Of a DNA stretch of 64,000 nucleotides, positions 1 through 15,200 are shown one piece after another. The notes under the pieces were generated by a model that was given only the letters and a program-made list of their open reading frames with translations, was not told the DNA's origin and did no database searches. Source of the stretch: Stylophora pistillata. Its lineage: Eukaryota. Each line of letters starts with the position of its first letter. The stretch's first letter is position 1. A program made the translations under genes and the position numbers. The DNA is taken from the NCBI RefSeq assembly GCF_002571385.2, contig NW_019218181.1, positions 151,606-215,605 of the forward strand. Reading direction: 5' to 3'.

Positions 1-2844
<2,844 letters not shown>

Positions 2845-3250
2845 TTTGGTCGGAACAAATTCACAAATTGACCAGCTGGGGGATGGTGAATAAATACTAA
2901 TGTCAGATGAAATATCAGAGCAACAGCGCACCTACTCGTCCCCTAAATTAACAATAGGGATTTCGATTTTGACATCGATCTGGTGTAGTAAAGCAAATTT
3001 CCAAGAGTAAACAATAGGGACAGTGAAGAATATTATTTTCAAGACATCTCCTTTGGTGTTTCTTACTTTTTTTTCAAAAAATAAAGACAAATTTGCCCTT
3101 TTTTATAATTTCTCCTCCCCACCCCCTGCTTGGAGAATTGAAGCTTTCGTCAAAAATGCCGAGGAGCACTGGGGCGTAAAAACCATTAGTAATGGCGGCC
3201 AACAAATGAATTCAAACTGCAGTTAGAAGAGATTTTTTTTTATAAGTTTC
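2845..3250. promoter_or_regulatory. Putative bidirectional promoter shared by ANKRD16 and FBH1
   Basis: Only ~406 bp separate the divergent ATGs. YY1-like motifs occur at 2838-2848 (CCGCCATTTT) and 3191-3199 (AATGGCGGC). Confidence 0.6.
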
Positions 3251-6200
3251 ATGGATCGCAATAACACTGCCCGAAAAAAGCGAAATATGTTTATTTCAAA
3301 TCCACGTCAACGGAGTATTTCACAATATTTTACTCCCAGAAGTGGTATCAGCAAAGAAGAGGTAAACTTTCTCGTTAAACCAACTGCAAATCCTTCTTCG
3401 CGCGGTACAGCCACCCCTGGTTCTGTTTTGGACGGACAACGACGTTACTCAGATCAAATTATACTACCACCCTCGCTTGGATTCACTTCAGCCGCTGATA
3501 TTTATTTGCAAGCTGGAAAGTGGTGCTCAGGAACTCAAAAGCAGTCAAATTTATTTGTGGAGCGCCATTTAGCTAGTGTTCTTAGCAATCCGGAAGATTT
3601 TCAAGTTCCTTGTCCTACCAACTCGAAAAATTCTTCTTCTGAAGGAAAACAAACTCTCATTGACGGATACACACGTGTCCCTGAGGACTCTTCGTCCTCC
3701 TCGTTATCTTCCAGTTCGTGTTCAAGTACACAGCTGGCATCCAGTTTGTCATCGTTAAGTCCATCGACGCAAAACATGAAACGCGCTCGTCGATCTACCA
3801 GAACGCCAAAGAACTTGAAGGGAAAATCTGTGAAAAATCAGAGGAGTGCCCTGAATACCATCGTCATCAAAAGCGACGATGAAAATTCTTCAAATGACAG
3901 TGACTGCCGTTTTACGAATGTTGTTCCCGGAAGAAAAACTAAATATGATCCTGAGGTGGAAGGAAACTCTATACGTAGTTCATCACAAGCACACTGGAAT
4001 GATTCCTGCATTCCGAGTGGTCAAGTAAGCCTGGAAAGCACAGTTAGCCAAACAGGATGCGACAAAAACAATTCTGAATCTTTTCAATCTACAAAGCAAG
4101 TTAAAACCAAGTCATCATCCAGGTCAACATTTGGTCTTGTTGGTGGTGACATAAATGATTTTGATGAGGAAGATGATTCTCAAGATTTCAATCACTGTAG
4201 TACACATTTTACTCAACTGCCTGTGGAGATTATGGAGAATATTTTCTGTCAATTACCTATGGTGGATTTGATGTTAAATTGTGCCCTAGTGTGCCGCCAG
4301 TGGTACGACATAATATCACAAGATTCAGTAAGTACTTGTAAAGTAAATCTATGCCTATTTTAAAATAAAGGACTGCCTGTCTCAAAATTTTTGTTACAAT
4401 GTAAGTAGATGACTAAATTATTGATTGTAATTAAAGATGACAGAAGTTCAGATGACAGAGAGATCAGTGAAATCTAGTATCAAAACTTTTTTTTTTTGTC
4501 CTCAACCCTTTCACTTCCATGAGTGATCAAGACAGGATTTCTCCTTACAATATTAAATCAATATCAAGCAGGCAGACAAGTGTTGAGAGTACAGAAAAAT
4601 ATTAACATGGGATTTTTAAACCCAACAAATATATGAAATTCTTAGATCTGAACTGTGGTTATAGAAATGCATTTGTGCACGATCCTCGCAGTAAAGAGCA
4701 CTATTTAAGCAATAGTGAAAATCAGACCTGAAAAAATTCAGGCCTGTTCGGGTTTCAAACCACTGACTTCTGCAATACTAGCATAGCACTCTACCAATTG
4801 AGCTAACAAGCCAACTGGGTGCAGGTCATCAAATTAATTTGACGTAAACCCGTAAGATGATAAATCAAACACAATGAATATATGAAATTCATATATCTGA
4901 ACTGCAGTTATAGAAACGTATTTGTGCACGATCCTCGCAGTAAAGAGCACTATTTAAGCAATAGTGACAATCAGACCTGAAAAAATTCAGGCCTGTACGG
5001 GATTCAAACCACTGACTTCTGCAATACTAGTGCAGCGCTCTACCAATTGAGCTAACAAGCCAACTGGGAGCAGGTCATTAAATTAATTCGATATAAACCC
5101 GTAAGATGATAAATCAAACACAATGAATATATGAAATTCATATATCTGAACTGCGGTTATAGAAACGTATTTGTGCACAATCCTCGCAGTAAAGAGCACT
5201 ATTTTTAGTTGATCCAATACCAAATTCGCCAAACTTACTTGATAAGAATTGTATGGCAGAGAGTAAGGAGAATTGCTGATAAGATATTTGGTGTGAAAGG
5301 GTTAAACATCTCACCCTCTATCTTATAACTTTGTCTTATTCACTAAATAATTTGGTTTTTTACACATGCTGATTTATGTTTTAGTTTATTCCTTGGAAGA
5401 AGAAATACTTTCTTCTAAAAAACAAGGACAGCTCATCAGAAGATGTTATGATTGAACTACTGGAGAGAAAAGGACTTCTAGAGGTGGATTTGTTCCCATT
5501 AAATCTTGCAAGGTATTATTAGCTTCCTGTTTTACACATTTTAATGGTTGTACACTTACCGAGTACATGGGAACTATATGATATGAGAGAGCTGAGAGGA
5601 GCATGGGATGCAGGGAGGTGACAAAGGGGGGGAGGGGGGGGAGTTAAGTGTAGTCAATAATTACATCAGAGTTTAATTATTATATATTAATATATCACTG
5701 ATATCTAAACATGATGGCCCTTCAAGTAACCTTAACCCAGGTGCTGTCACATTATCAATCACAGGGAAAAAACAGAGCTTTGAATTGCTCACTACAGGGC
5801 ACAAAGTGGATAGAAAACAAGAGTACAAGGCTGTGCGCTAAGAAAAATTGAAGGAAGCCCAGTGCTCTGAAACTGTGAAATGCAGGCTGCCCAGCATATG
5901 CGTTTTATGAAAAAACTAAGATTCCTTAGTCCCCTAAGTGCAAAAGTAAGGTGTTGGGGGCCACCAGGCACTGCTAGACCACAGCCCTGGAGTAGGAACT
6001 TTGTGATTTGAAGCAACCAAAACAGACTGACACCACCCCTACAGGAAAGGTGTAGATTCTTCATTAAAATGCTTGACACCTGCAAGGTTGAGTAAACACC
6101 CCTTAGCAAACTTCAGCTTACAGCTACAGGCTAAACTTGGCATAACTCACATTTAGACACATTAACAACTGAATTCTTTTTATTATTTTCTAGTTTTATG

Positions 6201-9200
6201 AAAGATTTTAAAAGAAAAGGGAGTTCATCTTTGATGGAAAAGTTAAAGACACATCCCAAGTTCCCACTGATAGGTACATTCTTGGGAACTCTTACCGGGA
6301 GCTCAAAAGAGGTACAAGATAAGTTTAACATGAGTTTTTACACTTGGTGGTAATATATTTAGTGCTAGTGTGCTTCACTACCTCTTTTGTAGAGGGGTGT
6401 GCAAGTTTTGAGAGGTGTGGAATTGCAGAGCACTAAAGACGTATCAAGAGCTGTGTCACATACATGACTTGTATGCTGACTAACATATACTTTCATCTTA
6501 TGGAAATAAAGGCAAGATCAAAAGTGTAACTTGTAATCTTTACAAAATCAACAAGAATTCCAAGGATTCCAAAATTGCAAGCTTTAACTTTGTGAGAGAC
6601 AATTCTAATTTTCTTGATTTCCTGAAAAAAAAAAAAAAAACAACCTGTCTGTACTCAGTGTTCTCCTTTTCAGGAGGTCAGCCAGTAAAATGAGCCATTT
6701 TCAATATAATTATTAGAAATTAATTCTAACGTGGCTCCAAGGCTTGGGGGAGCAAAACAAAGTGAAGTAAGTTGTTCATCCCTCAACCTCAATGTAATTT
6801 CTTTTGTTTTATTCCCCAATGCTTCGGAGCCAATTTTGAATTTAATTGAATGGCCTATTAAGTGCCTTCAGTACATGTACCTCTACAGGGCTCGACACTA
6901 ACAGTAGCCCACTAGCAACAGACTAATAGAAATTCAGTTTTGGCTAGGGGTTTTCAATTTCCACTAACCAGTTTGGCTAGTAAACAGACTGAAATTGTCG
7001 TAACATCTCAAAACATGTAAGATGTCACTAGCCACTTGGCGAGTAAGTTGAAAAGTTAGTCTTCAGCCCAGCTCTACATGTTTAATACATACATGTGCTC
7101 GACCAGTTTGAAAAATTAATTTCTTTTACCAGTCATGCTTAAAATAAAGGTGTATAAATGTGTGACCCTATTTGCTAGTCATGTGTATTCACCCAATTAA
7201 AGCAAACATTCTCTTTGTTCAAGGTTCTTAGTCCTTGGTCTGTTGTTGCACTTTTGACACTGGTATGCCAAACAGTTTATGAAGTACAAGAAATAGTCCA
7301 TTGTATGACAAGGTCCACATCCTGTTTGGTGCAGGACATTCTGGAATGTCTATACTGTCTTGCATCAGTATTTTATTACCTGGAGTCACAAAACAGAATT
7401 GGTAGTGGGTATGTCTGTCTCACTGAATGAGTTGCTTCAGATTCCATTCCAAGATACACTGTTACACCATACATGTACATTGTATGTGCCCAATGATTGG
7501 CACACTGCAAGGAAGCAAGTTATTTGTGAATGTCAAATAGAAATCCTAGGGTGAATTATTGAAATCTGTTGATATTCTAATATCACAGGAATTTCAATAA
7601 CTTTTTCCATGGGGTACAGCTAATTACATATTATACAACATTACTGTGTTGTAAGGCAAAATCCAAACAAAAGAGCCTAAACAGACGGCAGTGGTAGGTC
7701 TTACAAGCAGTGGCTTTTATTGAAACCAATGTTATTAATAACAGTTTAGCAAGATCAACCTGTCAAATGATGAATTAAATTTTTCTCCATCCATCATACT
7801 GCATTTTGATTTTTTTCTCCTATCAGTCTCCACTACAGGGTGTTTTATACACTGTATTTGTATGAGAATGCATTCCAAGCCACATGTGCATCTCTTGGCT
7901 CTGTATTTGGTCAGAATTCTACAGGACAGCAGTCAATGATGCGATACAGGTAGTGTGGGAACCAATTTTGGATATTGCATGTCTACATGTAGAGTTCAGG
8001 TTGGCTCTCTCAATCTCACCTATCAGTTCATACACTGTTTTTTGCTTAAGATAGAAAACTACCCCACAAGGCGTTACTAAGCTGAGTTTCCCTTTCACTG
8101 AGGCAAATGTCAGATCAGAGCAGCAGAAAAGATGTAAAACAAAAACATATCCACATACTTGTCTACACCACACTTGAAAACCTCGGTGAAGCAGAAGTGC
8201 AAAATTTACTTAAGATTTTTGTTAGAAGAATTTTTAGCCTCTGTACGGACTGCAGTCTGTCAGCTGCCACCCTTTGTAAATGTGAAAAAAATAATTATGA
8301 GGAATGTTTTTCCCTATAGGTCATCTTTTGACAAGCTGCAGCTTACACATGAGCAAGTTCGCATTATCAAACATGATGTCAAAGTGGGGGAGATCATAAA
8401 AATTGTAGCATTTGCTGGTAAGAATCCCCCTTTTTTGTCGATTATTATATACCACTTCTGCAATTGGTTAACAGGAAGTGAGTTTTCTGATTAGCAATTT
8501 TCACAAGCAAGTTTGGATTATCTTGCCTGACATGTTTGTGATTGTATAAAGTATAAACTGTATACAGACAAAGCATAGTTAATCGAGGGGAACTATGGAC
8601 AAAGGCTGTTTTTATTTAGGATATCAGAGAATTCTTTTTCTACTACAAAGGATTACCTGGCTAACAGGGCTGCAAATAACGGCCGGTCAACGGACAAAGT
8701 CCGGTCAAAATTGGGTACTGACCGGACATATCCTTGGTTTGCGGACATAAAATTATTGTCCGGTCCTTTATCGACTCGTTTAAAGAAATTTTAATTTTTA
8801 ACTGTTTGATAATCACAAGGGACACAGTCATGTTTCCAAAAGAAAAAAAAAAACCAATATAAAAGTAGACAAATTAGTGGTCGAGAAATTCCCGGCAGTC
8901 GCAAATTTCCGCGATGTCATAAGTCCTGTCGCGTCTGCAAATCATCGTGTCTTCAGTTATTTTATTTACTTTATTTAAGTGTACCCAGTTAGTAGAGGGT
9001 TTTACCTTTGGCTAGATACCATCATTTACTTTTAAATAAAGTGACTGATTGTTTGATTGATTGAATGATCGGAAAATACCTTCACGAAGAATAATCTTGC
9101 TGCATCGAGAATACTCCAAGTAGCATTTGTTGCAAAGTGCAAAAAGCGAGCAAAAGGCCCAAAACCTGGAGAATCCGACCACTCCTTTACTCTAACAAAA

Positions 9201-12200
9201 ATTCACAACTGTAACTTAAAAAAAAAAGGGCTCTGAGTGTAATATTTATTTATAAGTGATTTTTCCAGATGTAAAATAAAACGGACAATTGCGGTTGTAT
9301 CGTGCGTAACCGTTCCACGTACTCAATGCGAGGCTGCTTCTGCAGTAAAGAGTAGTAAAATTATTGACTTGTAATTTTTATTGCCAGACCGACTTGGATT
9401 CAGTTGTTTTTTAGTTGTAAAAGGATTATTGTGCCATCTGGATTCACTATCGCAAGAGTTCCGACTGTTAAAATTTCACCGGCCAAAAACGGGTAGTGTC
9501 TGAGCAAAAGCATGTTTGACCGGACAACGTGACTGGCGACTGCCCATTAGTTATTTACAGCCTTGGGCTAAAGTTCCAGAACTGTCTTTCTTTAGGTGTC
9601 ACCGTGTGCAGAGTATGTAATGCAATGTATACATAATTAAACATTCCCCAAATGTGGATTTTCAGGGTAAATACAAACAGATTGGAAACAAACATTGAGA
9701 AAAAACATGGTATTTAAAAATCCCATCAGGTAGGAGGCAAACCAGTTGACTATACACGAAGTACAGCCAAGGAGTTGAATAGTCCATTTTACAGTTGTAT
9801 GCTTGGTTGCCAAGCCTTTGAACAGGAGTGAGGCCAAGGGTGACCTTGTTATGATACAAATGTCGCTGATTTTCTAATGTAAATTACTTTGATACGCTTT
9901 CATTTCACTAATTTATTCCTGTTTTTCTCGTTGCCATGTTCCCACCAATCACGCAGCTCCACTTTCTGCCTTTAAAAGTACACACAACCCACAATTCCTC
10001 TCTTCGCTCCGAGGAAGGGCTAACGCTCGAAACGTCAGCTTTTATAACCGTAACGGTGGCCAATTTACCATTTCAACTTTGTTGATATATTCAAATTATT
10101 TCGTTACCCCCACCGACGCAGCTCCAAACAGTTTCTTTAGAAACTATCAGCCTTTATTACTTTGATATCATGCTAACTAAATACCGGTCACTATCACAAC
10201 AAGGTCACCTTCAGCCTCACTCCAATTTAAAGGCTTGGCAACTAAGTACACAACTGTAAAATGGCCTACTACAAAGATGGCAACTAAAATGGCCTATTTG
10301 GGGCAAGAAAGAAGAAATCCAGTCAATAGTAGGGTGGAAGAATTGAACCTAGGCGCACAGCTTACAGCACATTGCCTTAACCTCAGTGGCCACACAGCTT
10401 CAAGCTCGATTTAACTTTGTTATCTCTCACAACATTGTTGCTACATTTCTCACTGAAATCCTGAATATGTAATATTTTTTTAAGGAACTGGTAAGACCAC
10501 AACTCTTGTTGAGTACACCAAGATGAGGCCCATGGAACGTTTCCTTAATGTGGCGTATAACAAGTAAGTAATATGCTAAAATTTCCCAAGTATTTCTTGT
10601 GTAGCAACAGTAAAGGAGAAAATGATTAATCAGCAGTCTTGAAACAGAGCTTATTATTGACAATTTTGCAAATGCTTTGGCTCTGCTTGTGTATGCTGCT
10701 TGTGTATGTACAGGTATTTCTTTGGGTCTCAACGAGTTCAAACTCTTTGTTTTTTAGCAATGTTGCGGTCAGTAGTTACTAATGGTACTAATGAACCCTT
10801 CAGCTTTTCAGAGCTAGATTTCATTTTCTTTTTCTGTTTGTCTTTAGGTCAATTCAGGAACATGCAGCTAAGTTGTTTCCCAGCAATGTTGAGAACCGCA
10901 CGATCCACTCACTAGCCTACAGAAAAGTGGGATTTAGGTTAGGACAACGGCTATAGTAATTTGAATCAATCAATCAATCAATTAATCATGTCCTTTATTT
11001 AAACACGATGAGGTTTAAAGCTGGGGGCTTGTGGGGTCGTGTGAATATGATTACAATAACAATAAGAATGGTGTCCCTTAAAATCACTCTACAAAATATA
11101 CAGTAAGAATGATAAAAATGATTTGCATTATTTATCTCTAAGTAAATTGACTACAGCGTTTAAAACATAAAGGTAGTTAAAACCATTTAAAATCTTGGTA
11201 GTGACTGGACTGACTGTGCGCTAAAATCGAGATCCTTAAAATAAGAGTCCTTCTTCACTTTGCGATAAAAAACTGAAAACTGGTCTGTGAAATGTTTCGA
11301 GACAGCGTTCCAGAGTATAGCGCCTCCATAGCTAATGGAGTTTTTAAGAAACTGCGAGTTAAAACGTGGGACAATTATATTATTACTCCTTCGAAAATTG
11401 TATGTGGTGTATGGTTTGTTTGTTAAGTATGACAGAGCCGTAGGTGCTTCACCTATAAACACGCTATGGAGTAGTTCAATTAATCGAAGTTTGTAATAGA
11501 GGGTTAAAGTATTCCAGTTCGATTGTCGGTAAACTTCCTCAGTAGGCATATCTCGGGGCAAGTTGTATATAATTCTGGCCGCCCTTCGGTGAAGTACTTC
11601 TAGCGAATGTAGAAGCTCTGCATTAGGGCAGCCGCCCCAGACGACTAGTCCGTATAGAACTGATGGTAGTATTATCTTGAAGTATAAGTCCAATCGGGCG
11701 TTTCTGTTCAAGAACGAACTCCTTTTCAATAGGCAAAGTTTGTTTACAAAATTCTTTTTTACATTAGTAAGGTGGTGGGTCCATGGAAGTCTCTAGTCGA
11801 TAGTACCACCCAAAAGACGAGAGTGTTTCACCCACTCGATCCGATCCTCCCCAATTGTCAGCGAATTTAGTGGACCGATGTGCGGTTTCCTACTACGAAT
11901 TACATCTGTTGAGCTGTACTGGTTAATAGTTAGTTAGAATAAGTGCATTGGCGTGTAAAGCATTGTACGCGTGCAAGTTCGCTGCTAAACGCGCGTAACT
12001 ACACGCACTGGAAACTTTTGTAATTTTCACGTTTCACTCGCGTTTGGGGCGCGTTTAGGTGCTGCAGTACACGTGAACAGTACTTTATGAGGTTTAAACA
12101 CGAAGGAAGGCTATATAAGGAAGTCTTCCCTGGGAAAACCAAGGCTCATTTTTCACTCACCGTTGACGTGTGCGGGTCAAATTTAAATGCTGGTAGATGA

Positions 12201-15200
12201 ACAAAAGGAACTAATGAGATATCTATTGCTTACTTCCACCAGCATGGTGGCAATGAGGTAACGTGCGAACAACCTACTTCGATCTCAAATTTACCGCCAC
12301 AAATAAAGAAAGGAAATACAAATCTCAAAAATTCTTGTATTGTGATGAAGACATAAAACAATTTTGAGGAATGCGCCCGCTGTTCACTGCTTTGGAGTTG
12401 CTGTAGCTCAAGCTGACTTGACTCTAAGAGTTCTACATCACACGACGGTTGATTGACAAATGTCTAGTGGTACCTAAGGCTCCTTTTATAGCGCGCCTTC
12501 GTGTTTAACTACTGTGGCCAAGGTTTGATTAATACTGAACCTTATATCACGTGAGTTGAGATGAAGGTTACTTCCCACCTTCGCGGATGTCCTTTGGGAA
12601 AAAATTCCTACACGCGCTAGTTCCACTAAATTAATCCAAGCAAACTGTACATCAGAAAACTTAATAGGTGCAGTTAAAGACAAAATATAATTTAGGCGAG
12701 TTTTTCTTTCAGGAAGCGTTAGGATCCGATAAGGCGTGAAACGACCGAGGTTTCTTCTTTTGAATTTATCGGGTATCAGATGCCGCAGCACAAGCTAAAT
12801 CACTGCACATTCCTATTAACAAGGCATTCATCAACAAAACTGTGTCATGCTTTTTCAATATTCTGATTGGTTGTTTAGATGCTGATAATATGATATCTTG
12901 AAATATCAACACTGGGAGTTAAAATTCGTAACCACGTGCAGCTGTATCTTCTAATCAAAAATTCATTTATTTAGATACAGACACAAGCTTGCGTATCGTT
13001 TACGGATCAGTACTATCATGAATGTCCTTCCTTCCGACTGCGGATATCTTCATGCCAGACGAGTTGAAGAAACTCTTAATAATTTCATAGCATCTGCAGA
13101 CATTACTGTGAGCCCTAAGCATGTACCAGCGGCCAAAAGAACCTCAGTGGATATTTCTACTTCAGAAGGAAGCGAGATTGTGATATCTATCTTTGGTGAA
13201 CACGGTTCGGATACGAGTTATTTGAACAGCGACAAGCACATTCAGGTAGGGTGATTTAATTGACACTACGCACGTAATTTTATTGATACTACGCATGTGT
13301 CAATTTCTTTTGAACGTGAGTGATAGGAACCTCGAGTGGTCATTTACGTGGAATGGTGAACTGCTTTTGTTTTTGCTTAACCCCTATCATTTGCGCAAGA
13401 CGCCCTTTTACCCATCAACACGGTAGACGGCCTCGCCAACGCGTCATAGTTCAGCTTATACATGTATGGCATTTGACCATAGCATTCTGTGAAACGGTAT
13501 TAAACCTATTTTTGTATTATTATGTAGTAAACTAAAGGGGAGATGGCAGAAGACATGCCAAAAATTGTTGTGTTCTTTCTCGAAATCTGGCGAGTTCACT
13601 TTGGGCGGGTTATTTACGCAAGGTGTAAACCAAACCACGGTTTTACGCAATCAGTGGGCCTCAGGCTCTCTCTATAATAGATTTAATCAAATAAATGTCC
13701 TTTCACTGTTTACTTTCGGACCATCTTAACACTTAGCAAAAATATATGCTCAGGTAAAAGGTCCAGCCATATTGAGGGTTCTTTTAGACGCGATATTGTT
13801 AAACAACGGCTAAACTCTGTTTTAATAATCGTCCCTTTAATTTTTTTTCGTAGCGGAAGGGTGTATTTGTCAAGAAAGGTCGACATTTGGAAGCTTATTT
13901 GTAGCCTCTATGCGCACGATATTCGAGGTTTTTTTGTTAATAGGCTCTATTTTTTCTTTGCCACCTATGGCCGGACACTCGTGGATATGATATAGTTGAC
14001 ATGGTTGTCTGAATTTTATTTTAACTGTAGAAAGTTGTCTCACATGCGCAAGCCTTATGGGAGCGAATGAAAGATCAAGGGGATAAAGATTTCCCTATCA
14101 CCCATGATGGTAAGTGTGCAATCATTTTTATATCTCTACGTTAGAATATGTGACACACCCGTACCTTAAGTGGAAGTGGGTGCGCATGGGGTAGATAAAG
14201 ATTCTAATAAGTGTTACGTGCGAATTGATACCTTTCACTTATTGAGACTTTTCCTTTTCTGCTAAATTACAGATTTAAGGTAAAGATGAAGTACGCAATA
14301 GAGTCAATATTTCGCAGTAAAGCACTATTTGAGCAATAGTGAAAATCAGACCTGAAAAAAATTTCAGGCCTGTACGGGATTCGAACCACTGACCTCTGCG
14401 ATACTAGTGCAGCGCTCTACCAATTGAGCTAACAAGCCAACTGGGAGCAGGCCATCAAATTAATTCGACATAAACCCGTAGATGATAAATCAAACAACAA
14501 CAAACATATGAAACATATGTATGAACTGCGGTTATGAAACGTATATGTGCACGATCCTTCGCAGTAAAGCACTATTTGAGCAATAGTGAAAATCAGACCT
14601 GAAAAAAATTTCAGGCCTGTACGGGATTCGAACCACTGACCTCTGCGATACTAGTGCAGCGCTCTACCAATTGAGCTAACAAGCCAACTGGGAGCAGGCC
14701 ATCAAATTAATTCGACATAAACCCGTAGATGATAAATCAAACAACAACAAACATATGAAACATATGTATGAACTGCGGTTATGAAACGTATATGTGCACG
14801 ATCCTTCGCAGTAAAGCACTATTTGAGCAATAGTGAAAATCAGACCTGAAAAAAATTTCAGGCCTGTACGGGATTCGAACCACTGACCTCTGCGATACTA
14901 GTGCAGCGCTCTACCAATTGAGCTAACAAGCCAACTGGGAGCAGGCCATCAAATTAATTCGACATAAACCCGTAGATGATAAATCAAACAACAACAAACA
15001 TATGAAACATATGTATGAACTGCGGTTATGAAACGTATATGTGCACGATCCTTCGCAGTAAAGCACTATTTGAGCAATAGTGAAAATCAGACCTGAAAAA
15101 AATTTCAGGCCTGTACGGGATTCGAACCACTGACCTCTGCGATACTAGTGCAGCGCTCTACCAATTGAGCTAACAAGCCAACTGGGAGCAGGCCATCAAA

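Noticed and set aside
2845-2931. N-terminal extension of the ankyrin ORF in the ORF track
   Set aside because: It starts at a non-ATG codon and lies in the promoter/5' UTR. The ATG at 2844 has a strong context.
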